A stretch of DNA of 64,000 bases from the NCBI RefSeq assembly GCF_963676685.1, contig NC_092349.1, forward strand, positions 18,042,001-18,106,000, in the 5' to 3' direction. Below are positions 1 through 13,300 of the stretch, piece by piece. This DNA is from Mytilus edulis (lineage: Eukaryota). The notes under the pieces were generated by a model, which had not been told where the DNA came from, did not search any database, and saw nothing but the letters and a program-made list of their open reading frames with translations. The number at the start of each line of letters is the position of its first letter. The stretch's first letter is position 1. Both the position numbers and the translations under genes were made by a program.

Positions 1-1185
1 TCAGACCCTTTTACAGAAAATAACGGAATATGGAGTAAATGTGCACGAAACCTAATCGCACACAAAGTCAATGCATAAAAAATACTAATGATCAATCATT
101 TGGTCAAAGTTGCTGGAGGGTCTTCAACAATAAAAGAATCATTTATACCGTAAAACAGGGTCAAGTGTGCCTAGTGTCGACTTAAGCAGTACTAGTATTT
201 AAAGCATAATACTGCACTGTCACTATATTTCAATCTAGTCATAAAAATATCACCAAAGTTTAAGCACAATACAAGACTTAAACATACAGACAGATCCGGT
301 ATTAATGATCATGACAATTACGAATTTTGCTTTTTCCTACATATCGGTCTTTTAATGTTGACCATAAAACCTTCAAGTCTTAAAATACAATAAGTCTATG
401 TTTTTGCTTTCAGACCAGAATATTGTCGAAAAAAAAGCTAAAAAAAAATTGCAATTTAATGTCAGAAAGAGTCTGAGAAACGCTCAGAATGCACGTTTTT
501 GCGTTAGTTTTCTCAGAGCTTCTGGGGGCCTTGAGCGACCCCAAGAAGCTCTGATGCCAAATTTTTTTCGCCTCACTCCGCTCGCCGATATATTTTGCCT
601 CACTATTCGACTTGGGATTTCGTCCTTAAATATCTTACTTTTTTGAAATGGTAAATAACAATAGTTTTATTTGTTCAATCAATTTCAAGAAAGCAAATGT
701 TTTGTAATAAGTAATTACGTTCAAAAGGAAGGTTTGCATACCTATAAATTGTGTAAAGAAAGAACATTTTGATGGTTAAATAAAAAAGTTAAACAAGTTT
801 TACATTCAAATGAAGTAAAAGAACAAGCATTTATAAAACATTATTGCGATTTCGAAGTGGTTTGTTAATATTTAAAGGTTAATACAATTCAAAAGCCTTA
901 TTGCTATTCACATTAATTATGACATGTATGGTTCATTTCTACATATATCAATGAATTATCACTTCCCAGTAGTCAGCACTTTTTGTGTTGACATGAATTG
1001 TCATTGTTATGGTTATATTTATAAATTTACTATTTACAAAATTGTGGAATTTATGAAATACTAAGGCTTTTCTACCTCAGGCATAGATTACCTTAGCTGT
1101 ATTTGGCAAAACTTTTAGGAATTTTGGTTCTCAATGCTCTTCAACTTCGTACTTTATTTGGCATTTTTAACTTTTTGGGATTCGA

Positions 1186-1229
1186 GCGTCACTGATGAGT
1201 CTTTTGTAGACGAAACGCGCGTCTGGCGT
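1186..1229 (+). ncRNA. Minimal type I hammerhead ribozyme (family A) inside a dispersed repeat spanning about 960-1270
   Basis: Stem I GCGUCA/UGGCGU, core CUGAUGA, stem II GUCU-uuugu-AGAC, GAAA, stem III C-GCGC-G with palindromic loop, GUC cleavage triplet (cut after 1223). Confidence 0.8.
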
Positions 1230-1308
1230 ATATACTAAATTTAGTCCTGGTATCTATGATGAGTTTATTTTCGTCTTATACGGTAACAAACTGTGAGTAC
1301 TATGTTAC

Positions 1309-4300
1309 CTTATTCTGTTGTGCATTCCCTTTGATCATGTTCACAGCGGCATTTTCAGGTTCCATTGCTGCTCTAGGCATGTCCATTTCCATCAGCCAGC
1401 TGCTACCAACATATCCTTCAAACCCATAGACTGTACTCTTCAAATGACTGGCATGGTCTTTCTTTAGTATCAGTGCCTAAAACGTTAGTTCTACTACATG
1501 ATATTGGTGATTTTGGTTTAATTTTGAGTGTATCCTAAGGGAACAACCAGTGGGAGAGATATATTATAAAAAAGGAATTTCACTATACATTATTGTGTTA
1601 ACTTTTAAAAATAAGATTGATAGTGATGAAAAACTAAATAAAATTGTTTGCACTATGACTCAGACAAAACAAGAGTGTGTCCATAGTACACGGATGCCCC
1701 ACTCCCACTATCATTTTCTATGTTCAGTGGACCCTGAAATTGGGGTAAAAACTTTAATTTGGAATTGAAATTAGATCATATCATAGGGAACATGTGTACT
1801 AAGTTTCAAGTTGATGTAACTTTAACTTCATCAAAAACTACCTTGACCAAAAACTTTAACCTGAACTTTGCACTATCATTTTCTATGTTCAGTGGACCAT
1901 GAAATTGGGGTCAAAACTATAATTTGGCATTAAAATTAGAAAGATCATATCATGGGGAACATGTGTATTAAGTTTCAAGTTGATTGGACTTCAGCTTCAT
2001 CAAAAACTACCTCGACCGAAAACTTTAACCGGATGGACGAACGGAGGCACAGACGGACGGACGGACGGACGGACGGACGGACGAACGGAGGCACAGACCA
2101 GAAAACATACTGCCCCTCTACTATCGTAGGTGGGGCATAAAAATCATACTCCCCTTTTAAATTGAAATGGTTGCTCCCTAATGAGGCCGTTTAGAGCTAA
2201 TCTGGAACCTTATCATCAAGGAGCAGGTATAACAGAAATGGACTGCTCAAACTTAAGTCCAATGACCATCCCTGTCAGTTACTCATATGATGCAATCTCC
2301 GACCGTGCGAGGGCTGTATGGCCAGTCAAGGTCGTTAAACACTTCAATTTGAATATGATGTAATTGCAATTTTCTAATTTGCTATATATAGGTATTTGTT
2401 GCTTAAACACTAAAAGATAACAATATGTCGTTTCCCATTTCTTTTCTCGAAAGGCTTTTGATCCCCGAGTATGGAAATACTTACACAGACCTTAATTCAA
2501 AATAAGTGGGTTTAAGCGTTTTTGATAATGTTAAGAAAGAGAATCGGGCACACCAAGTTTTTATTTTCAATTCATTGAGAAAAAAAAATTGTTTTTACTA
2601 TGTTGACATATTTGTTTGTCTTAAAGCAATTAAAATTATAACACAACGCTAACTGTTTTTAACCAATTTTTGACATTTTACCTAGTATCATGTCTGTTGT
2701 TTTTGTTCACACATTGTTGTCAATTAATGGACTTTGATACGACTGTCAAGTGAGAGATGTGGCTAGCTATAAAACCACGTTTAATCAACCATTTTCTACG
2801 TAAGCCTGTACCTAGTCTGGAATATGACAGTTGTGCTTCCATTCGTTAGATGTGTTTAAGCTTTTGATTTTGCCATTTGACAAAGGACTTTCCGTTTAGA
2901 GTACGTATAAGACTTGTATTTATGCTTTTTATGCCCCACCTACGATAGTAGAGGGGCATTATGTTTTCTGGTCTGTGCGTCCGTTCGTCCGTCCGTCCGT
3001 CCGTTCGTTCGTTCGTCCGTTCGTCCGTTTGTCCCTTTTAAGGTTAAAGTTTTTGGTCAAGGTAGTTTTTGATCAAGTTGAAGTCCAATCGACTTCAAAC
3101 TTGGTACACATGTTCCCTATGATATGATCTTTCTAATTTTAATGCCAAATTAGACTTTTGACCCCAATTTCACGGTCCACTAAACATAGAAAATGAAAGT
3201 GGGAGTTTCAGGTTAAAGTTTTTGGTCAAGGTAGTTTTTGATAAAATTGAAGTCCAATCAACTTGAAACTTAGTACATATGTTCCCTATAGTATAATCTT
3301 TCTAATTTTAATGCCAAATTAGATTATTACCCAATTTCACGGTCCAGGGAACAAAGGATAGTGCAAGTGGGGCATCCGTGTACTTTGGACACATTCTTGT
3401 TCTAAATAAATTAACATTACCAAAACATCATTTTGTTGTCGTCAACGCAGAGAAAATACTATAAATTTGAGAATGGAAATGGGGAATGTGTCAAAGAGAC
3501 AACAACCCGATCAAAGAACAGAAAATGGATTTTCAGTACAGCGAAAAGATCCCGCATCCGGAGGTGTGCTTCGACTGGATTCTAACCATAAATGTGTACT
3601 AGTTCAGTGGTAATGGACGTCATTCTTGACTCCGAAATATATAAATAAACTAAAATTAAAAATCATGCACGACTAACACAGATCAGAGACTCATGATTTG
3701 GCTGAGGCGCATCAATACTTTAGTATACTTACATGATGAGGCATTGTTACCATCATTAGTTCACCCATAGGATTATCTGCATGTTGATTGTTTGGATTCC
3801 AATCAAAGCTGACAAAAGTTTTATTCACCTCCTCGGAAACACAATAGGCCGCTGAGGGTTTGTAGGAGTAAACACCCAAATATTTATCTAAATCGTTGTT
3901 ATGTGTCGTATCCCCACGTGGGCTAGCACCAAGGTATGCCAGTTGGACGATGCCATTGTATTTCCCGCCACTTGTTGGAGTAAAGTTTATCGTACTTTGA
4001 CCTTGATTGACATGGGGAGTAACTGGTTGTGAAAAATAAAGCAAATACTTTCTTGTTTGATTTGGAAGCTCATCGCCAGGTTCATTTAACTCCATAATGA
4101 ACTTCGATCCATGTTTGACTTGTACAGTCCCTGTTCCAGTGTTATGTGGAGCCTGGGTAGGGTTTGTTATTACTGGATTATGTGTTTGGACTGGGCTTTG
4201 TGTCGGCGCAACGGTTGGTGAAGGTGTATTTACACTTCCTGTAATAAGTAATGACGTTGATACTCAATAGCTTATATTATAAACTGAGGGTATTCTTTTT

Positions 4301-7300
4301 ATACACGTGAAACGAAATAATAAATATGATTCTAACATGACGTCTTTCAAACGCTTTGAGTACACACCCGTGGTAAAATATAAATATATTGCCTGGGCTA
4401 TTCCGATCGTACCCCACGTCATATGCCTGTTTGTGAATGAGGTACACGGCGTCATAGAACAATGACGTAAGAATATAAACATTTTATGGGAAAATACACG
4501 CTTGTGAAACCTAAAATTATGACAAGGACACGAACACAAACGATCCTAAAATGTGGAATAATAAGCCAATTTAAACCATATAAGTAAATTATCATTTAAA
4601 TTCATCCAAAACTATCCATCCATAAACCATATCCATTTTTTTTAAATTACAACTTACAACTCCCGTTAGCGCCATGTGTCGCATATTTTTTTTAATACGT
4701 TGTTGTAAATAGTTTCAGCATGTAACTAATTCAGTTTGCTCCGTTCTTTTACGCCAATTCAATAGTGCGTTTATTTATGTGAACGACAGTATTTGACTCA
4801 TCCTAGAGCGCTTTGATCCAAAAGAATTGCCGTATTTGTCCTATTAGAATCGAAATAATTCATGGGGGCCTGAATATGTCGTGATTTTACCACGGGTTGT
4901 CCCTTTATGCCGATATTTTATTCTAAGCGATGGCGATGGGTAAAATATTGGCATAAAGGGACAACCCGTGGTAAAATATTTGTCATAAAGGGCCAATCCG
5001 TGGAAAAATCACGATATATTCAAGCCCCCATTAATTATTTCCTAATTGTAACAGGACTTCCTTCAAACGCTTTGAGTATACACCCATGGTAAACTAAGAA
5101 TATATTGCTTGGGCTGTTCCGATCGTACTCCCACGTCATATGCTTTTTAATGAATGAGTTACACGACGTCATAGAACGATGACGTAAGAATTTAAGCATT
5201 TTACGGGAAAATACACGCTTATGAAACCGAAAATCATCACAAGGAAACGTAAACAAACGATGCTTAAATGTGGTATAGGCCAACTTATTTTTTATACATA
5301 TGATATATAATTATGAGTAAATTATCATTTAAAATCATCCAAAACTATCTAAATACGTTATTGTAAATAGGTTGAGCATGTCACTAATTCGGTTTGCTCC
5401 GTACTTTTACGCCTATTTAAAAGTACGTTTTTTCATGGGAACGGCAAATATTTGCCTCCACCTAGAGCGCTTTGATTCAAACGAATTGCCGTATTTGTCC
5501 TATTAGAATTGAAATAATTCATTGGGGCTTGAATATATCTATATCTATCGCTAGGGTAAAATATTTTGCTTAAAGGGCCAACCCGTGGTAAAATCACGAT
5601 ATATTCAAGCCCCCATGAATTATTTCTTAATCAACGTATATAGGTAGTTGATCTGTTGTTTATTCACTACATCACGCACTGAATGTTAAGTAAGGCCGTG
5701 TTCAGTAAACTGAAACATGTTTAAATGTGGTTTAATGTAATGTACACTAGTTTCACATTAAATTTGTTCACATCTATACACCTTGTTCAGTTACCTGTAC
5801 ATAAGGTGTAACACCACTAATGCAGGCCCGACCAGAAAGCACATACCAGAAAGTAGTACATAAAAATATGGCATGAAATTTAAAAAGGAGGGTACATTTT
5901 GCCTTTTTGTCAGATCGGAAGTACCTGTTTTGGTACATCCGAAGTTCCGGGAACCAGTTCTTTCTTATATGCCATGCAAGGTATGTTGATTTTTTCAGTA
6001 CATGACACCAGAAGGTGTTGCTTTGACATGCAATGATTGTCACTTCATTTGAACTTTTAAAGATAAAAGAGCTGTGACCACTCGAAATTGAGGAATTTAA
6101 CATAGAAACAATGGGGCCATTAATTAGTGGTGAAATTCCATAAGATTTGATCACGTAGGCTGCATCAGCGTGCTAACAGATCTAGACGAATAAACAGAAT
6201 CACTGGTACCTTTGATAACTATTGTAAACTATATGTCATTTAAATGTTCATTACGTAGAACAGAATTCAAATTTCGAACAACTTTTCTAGTATTTAGGGA
6301 AGGACTGTTTGACTTTAAAAAAGGGAGATGGGTTTTTCCACAATTTGACTAAAAAAAAAATCGAGTCATACAGATGATTAAAATGAACACATATTCCGAA
6401 TCCAAAGTTTCCCCATGCATTATAGTGTTAAATATTGAATTGCTACCATAAAAAAAAAAACTAAATATAAACTTTCGCGCGAGAAAAAATTCTGACAGAC
6501 TCAAGACCCCCCTTTTTTAAGTAAAGTGGTTGCTCCTTTAAGAAAGTCATTTTGGATGATTTGCAGTAGTTTAAATATCTCAATTACGCATTAAAAACGT
6601 AGGCTGCATCAGCGTGCTAACAGATCTAGACGAATAAACAGAATCACTACATTTCTATCTTTTCTGTTTGTTTCAAATGGTATTTTTTTCTCCAAGGTGT
6701 ATTTGGCAAAGGGAGGGGGTAAGTTTTTTTTATATTTCTAATTGTATTTTAACGGATCTGAGATACTACACATGCAAACAAACAATTAACCTCACCCTTT
6801 TTAAGTAATGCATTTATGAGTGAATGATCGTTGATTGAGTAAAGACCAGTGGCAAATATTTCTGTCAGTATGTTCCTCCAGTCGATTCGGGAAGACCTTT
6901 TCAAATGATATATGTGTTCGACAATGATGATAGATGAGTCTTGATAAGGGGTTAATAAGGCTACGTAAATTGTTTTCATAAAAAATAAATATATCAAGTT
7001 TAGAAAAATATTTCTGTAAAGAACTTTATCAATAAGTATTAATTTTATATAAAAACCGTTTCTTATTTTAAATAAACATGTGAAAATTAATGTTCTGGAT
7101 GCCTAGTTTTGTGTACACTTAACATACACAAGGCCTACATCGACTATCGACTGCATGTAGACAAAACAGGATTTAAACTACATGTAAACATATCAATGGG
7201 AACGTAATTATGTTTAGTTTAAGCGTGAGTTACACTAACACAACACCGAGTTTAGGTCTATTTGAACACGGCCTTAGTCTTGTAAAAAATAGTTGTCAGA

Positions 7301-10300
7301 AATATTCACATTCTTTTGATGTATTTCAGCTTTTGCTTTTGCTATTTGCTGTGACTTATGGGACTTTTTTCCCCCGGTTATTTCGGTATTTTTGTTATTT
7401 GAATTTGACATTACTTATATATGTCACATTACAGAAATTAGCATGACTTTAATGTGAGAAGTACGAATATTGAGGATCTCAAGGATTTTGTATGAAATTA
7501 TACCTCAAATGGAGCAAGAGACTTCATCAAAATTTCAAGCAATTTTTACCTCCATAGATGCAATGCAAATATTTATTGTATTATTATGTTAAAAAAATTG
7601 GGTACGATTTATAGTTTTTTGTCTTAATTAATATGCAGCCTGTGTATGCATACCTTAAACCAACTTTATCTATGGTATTATAAGTATTAAAATGTTAAAT
7701 TTTTTACATAACGATAGAGATATGCATGTTTCAGGAGCATGTTAGATGTCATTAAATCAGAGCGAGAGAACTTATTAACATTTATCTGAATGTCTGAAGC
7801 TCTACGAAAACTGAAGGTTTATTATATACTCGCCTCCACATGTTCCAGTGAGGGGTTGATCAATCCAGTTACCTACTGGAACTGTGGTACAACCTATGAA
7901 ATTAATTGCATAGCTGCAAAACAAAATTGGAAAAAGATATTGAAATTATAGAAATACTCATAAAAGATAACAGAGAAAAACACTATTTACACCAATTCAA
8001 ATGAAAGAAAAGCATTGAAATGAGGCGTCATAAAAAGTTCTACCACCCTTTTGATGAGAATATTGAATTAGAGCAAACGACTGATAGTTCTTCATTTGAT
8101 GTATTACGTGTTAATAAGACAATATTCATTTTTTCGTATTCCAAACTCATAATTGTTTTTGGTATGCATTTGAAAGAAACGCATAGTCAATGTTAATTCG
8201 TCGATGTACAGCAAAACACTATAATTTATGTTTAAATGTTATTGTATGATAGCAATGCATTTAAAGGTCAAAATGTCGTACCTGGGAAACAAGTGACAAG
8301 GGCATTATATTTGAAACTGTAAGATCAAAATGCTTTTCTTAACTATTTTGTTTGCGATTGACTGGATTCATATGAGCTCAGCTTAATTTGTTTTCTTTTT
8401 CAGATTCTTCAGGTAAGTTAAGACAATAGTAGTTTCCCAATGTTCAAATCCTTTAAATCGATACAAAAAACGAACTAAGTCGGTGTGTCGAAAGCGTAAG
8501 CGTCTTCTGCTTTGAATGCATGAACTGCCGTGCCAATCAAAAGTCAGTAAAACTTAACAAATTGAGGAATAAATTATTTGACGCGTATTTGGCTTTATGA
8601 ATTTTGGGTCCCTAATGTTCATCAACCTCGTACTTTATTTCGATGATACTTTAGTGATGCGAGAATCACTACTGGGTCTTTTAAAAACGAAACGCGCGAC
8701 CGGCGTACAAAATCATAAGTATGGGTTCTTTGATAGTTTTCTCTATACGACATAATCGGTAAGAATAAAGATAAGATGACTATTTCTTAAATTTGACGAC
8801 AGCGTTGAAGAAAATGTAAATGTAGCTAAAATACTTACTTGAAATTATTAGAAGAAGTTGTGAGTTTGATATGAACAAATTTCCCAGTACGTGTACAATG
8901 ATCCGGTTTACAATTGTACATTGCTGGTGGGTGGTGCCAAACATCTGAACCTTCCATTGCATATTGTATCTGAAAGAGAGGCGAAAGATACCAAAGGGAC
9001 GTTCAAATTAATAAGACGAAAATAAACTGAAACGCCATGGGGATGATATCAAGTGCTCCGCAAGGGTAAGCAGATCCTGCTTCATATGTGACACTCGTCC
9101 TGTTGTTCATGTTAGTACAAACTTGATCAAACTTGGTAATACGTGTGATTTGGTTGGTCACATTCGGGTGATAGAATCTCCAACAACCATAATGTTGTAT
9201 TTGTATTGAAATTGATTTGCATATTTTGGTATTAATATTGATTCATCGTATGGTCTTTCAATCGGAAATAAACACACATATTCTAAAATTAGTTGTTGGT
9301 ATGATACGGGTTACCAGTATGTTCATCTCATTTAATTTAGGATGGTATGGTACTTATCCTCTGCTTGATTTTCATATGATGAAACATATTTTTTAACAGA
9401 GCTTGCATGCATGTCAGTAACTGCCAGAAGTCCTTTGTTAATGTATGTACACCTGTAATCTTTCTCAGTTTCTTTTGTTACCAATTGGACTCGGACTTCT
9501 TTTAAACTGAGTTTTTCGTGCATATAGTGCTTTGTGTTCTTTTTTTACATGGCTTGATGTGTAGGCAAGGTTTGAGATCTCACAAAACATATTTAAACCC
9601 GCTGCATTTTTGCGCTTGTCCCTCTGGCAATTAAATGCTTGTAGAATTTTCATTTAAGTTCATTTATGTTTTTGACTTTAGTATTAACTGCAGTACTGAA
9701 CTAGTACACATTTTGGTCTAGTGACCAGCTGAAGCCCGCCTCCGGATACCTAGTTTTCCCGTCCTGTTGGAGATTCATTGGTAGCCTTCGGTTGTTTTCT
9801 GATCTTTGGTTGGGTTGTTGTCTCTTTGACACATTCCCCATTTCAATTCGAAATTTGAGCCCATTAACTAACCAACTTATGATGGCGAAATAGTACATTG
9901 ATTATTCGATGTAGTTATTATTTTTTAATTGCATTGGTTCAGTTTTACAATCTTCATTTTGAGCCTTGAAAAATATAATCAGTTTATTTAATAAAGCCTA
10001 AGCAGAATACTAAGTATATGACTGACCGCTTCAATAGGAATGTCATTTGAACCCAGATCAATAGTTATATCAATGTTTCTATTGACATCGCAGACGGCTG
10101 ATGCTGAAATGTCATCTGGGTGACAACTTTCACGCTTTTCATGCACTTCCTCGTTTGCGTCATATTCTGTATCCCTTTTACCACTACAAGTAACTTGCTC
10201 TGGGTTAGGGACCCAATTCCCAGGTAAAAGATAATGTCCGATGTAGTTTACAGCAAATGCCATTTGTCCTTCAAGATATATAAATGCAAGAGTTAAAACA

Positions 10301-13300
10301 AGTTAAAATGTCCTGTACCCAGTCAGGAATATGGCAGGTTTTATCTAGAGTTTGTTTCTATGTAAACTGGTGTTTGCATTTGTTGTAGTTCAGTGTTGTT
10401 TTTTTTTACAGAATTTTAAACCTTGTATCTATGACAAATTTATTTATTTGTTGTTCTGTTGTTTTTATTCAATAGTTGACGTGCCTACCTCGGTGTTTGT
10501 TTGTTACCCGGATCTAATTTGCGTTTTCGAATTATGACTAGTGATACTATATTAATCCACATTGTATGCTCTTATATTATGTTATCTTGATTGCGCCATT
10601 TGCATGGCGGATTACGCATGCATAACCGGAGACACTGACTCTTTCAATGCACTTATTTTTTTTTTATTTTTTTTTAATTCTATCGATTCCTTCATGTTAA
10701 TTTTACCTTGCGTTTTGAATAAATAAATTAGTACTGAACAACAGTAAATTTCTGTGTGACTACATATTTTGAAATGTTTGTAGGTCGCAATTTATTCAAA
10801 CTAAAATATGTTTCATTTTGATTGATTCTATGCCATTTTATTGAACGTTTATTTCAATCTACACACTAACTAGTATGTTATTACTACATATGGAAAGTAC
10901 TGTCAGAGTAAAAAAAACTTAATCTATTACATACCATGTGAATTAGGAATATTTATAGTGACTCGTTTATCTTCGTTAGACATATGACAGGAGTTCGTAT
11001 CGCAGTTACGCATTCCATGTTTCCCTGAACGCCAGTTTGACAACGAATTAACTGAATACTGTAAACGTGTAATGTCATGTATAGGTTTGTCGCTGTCTAG
11101 TGTGATATGCAGAGTTCCACCGCTGCATGTACCTGATAGATGGCCACTACCTCCATCAAATGCTGAAAGAGATGAGCATAAATGTGAAATAGTTTAAGAT
11201 AAAGAGATAATGTATAAATATATTCAAGAAATTCCACAGTGTAAACATTCCATTATCATATCTATCATAATTTATCGTCAACATGTTTGACAGATTTGCC
11301 ACTGGATGTTAAAGACAAAACATCAATTGATTAATCTTCTAAATTTAAGATCTGCTTTTGAAACGTTTTTAATCTATTAGTATTTATCAAACATAATTAA
11401 AACCACAATGTCTCGTTTACTTGTTATATGTATTTCAAACAGAAAAATGGGGAAATTTTTATGATATCATGGATATGTATTACTTCAAAAGTAGTCATCA
11501 TTAAAATAATCTCTCAAAATATGCTACGATAAAGTAGAGTAAAATCAATTCACTTGATTTCCATCAACGCAACACACAAGTTTTAAAAATAAATAATAAT
11601 GTTCCTTTGCGCTCGAAACGTAAACTCTGACAGGTGCCATTTGTGAAGATTTGTGATTTGTGGACTTCTTCTGTCCTTTGATTGATAATTAACCAAGTCC
11701 TTACCACCAACATATGTCACTACAACATGTTTATAAAGGTAAAATGAGGGCAAAACTGTGTGCTTTTGGAAAAGGGTTTGGTTCAATCTTTTTTGGCCAA
11801 ATAATATGAGTAAGATCATGGTGATTACATTTCATATAGTATGTCATTTTTCACATGTTTAGAACACGATATTGACAATAAATATGGCATTTCCTCACTT
11901 AGATTTTTGATGATACCATTTTGTTTTAATTACCAATATTAATTTGACTATTATAGTTTTTTTCATTCTTTAAAAAAATGTTTTTTGAGCAGATTTGTTC
12001 ACCTACCGTGGTATCCCTTAAATCTTACCTGATGCTTCTTTAGGACAGTCAAAGTGAGTCTGATGACCATTTATATTGCTTAAACAATATGGTTTAATTA
12101 CTGGGTCAGCATTTTTAAATATGTGGGTTAAAAGAGCAGAACCTCTGACCAACGGGACCTTCAAACAAACAAAAGAAAATTGGATGATAAATACGGGAAA
12201 GGAATTAAGAAAACGACCCGATCAGTATCACATCATACCGCTAAATACTAGCAACGTCATAAATTAATATTATTGTCACACGGTTTTGTCTAATGTTTAT
12301 GTCATATGTCTCGCTTGAAACCACAGAATCACAACCACAATAGATTGATTTATGACACTTTAACTTCTTTTGAATCGAGCGTCACTGATGCGTCTTGTGT
12401 AGATGCGTGGTCTGGCGCAAATACAAAATTTCAATCATTTTATCTATGATGAGTTTATTTCTTATAAACCCCATCAACAGTTGAAACAAAAGTCATTAAA
12501 AAAGTCAACGGGAAAAAGTTTCATAATATATATGTTTCATCGTACTAATGTCTTCGACAATGAAAAGCACATACAGTACAAACATGTCAATCATACCTCC
12601 ATTGTCCCACTATTTCCGTGGTATTCAAAGTTGGCAAATAAATCTCCAAAATCGGTCATTACAGGCTCCGAACTTCCAGATATTCCAATCCTCACTCCTG
12701 ATTTACCTGAATTGATAATAAACAAATCTCTAATTTAGCTACTTATTTATTTATATGCTTATTTTGATTTTTACAATATGAATTTAAGAGGAGTTTGGAT
12801 ATACCTGTATTAAAAATATTTCCTAAAAATGATTTATCCTTCTTTTTTTCGAAAACCTTCGAAGACATGCTTTTATCAGTAATTGTTTGCAGACTTTATT
12901 ATTTTATACCAGATATTTTTTTATTTTTTTTTCAAAAAGGATAGGCGGAAAATATGAAAGGAATAGTCAAACTCATCAGTCAAAATCGAACCGACAATGC
13001 CATGATAAAAAGCAACAAACGATCAAATGACAAACGTTCAGCATACAAAAACACAAACAATGTATGTATGAAATAAGTAAGCTTTCTTTTTCAATTTCGT
13101 TTTGAATATGTGATGTCGAGACTGGCTTTTGGCAAACGTTTCATTTATCTCACTTCATAATCTTTTTTTTTCATATAGTTCCGATAATAATTTGACGTGT
13201 AATATGTAGTTAGCAAAATTTTTCTGATTATATCTGAGTATAGTTTTTACCTGTGAATACCCCACCCTTGTTGCCATCTGGACCAGAGGTCATTTGTTTC

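Noticed and set aside
5774-6154. 126-aa minus-strand ORF inside the GH81 intron
   Set aside because: No recognisable motifs, and the flanking exons already join in frame without it.
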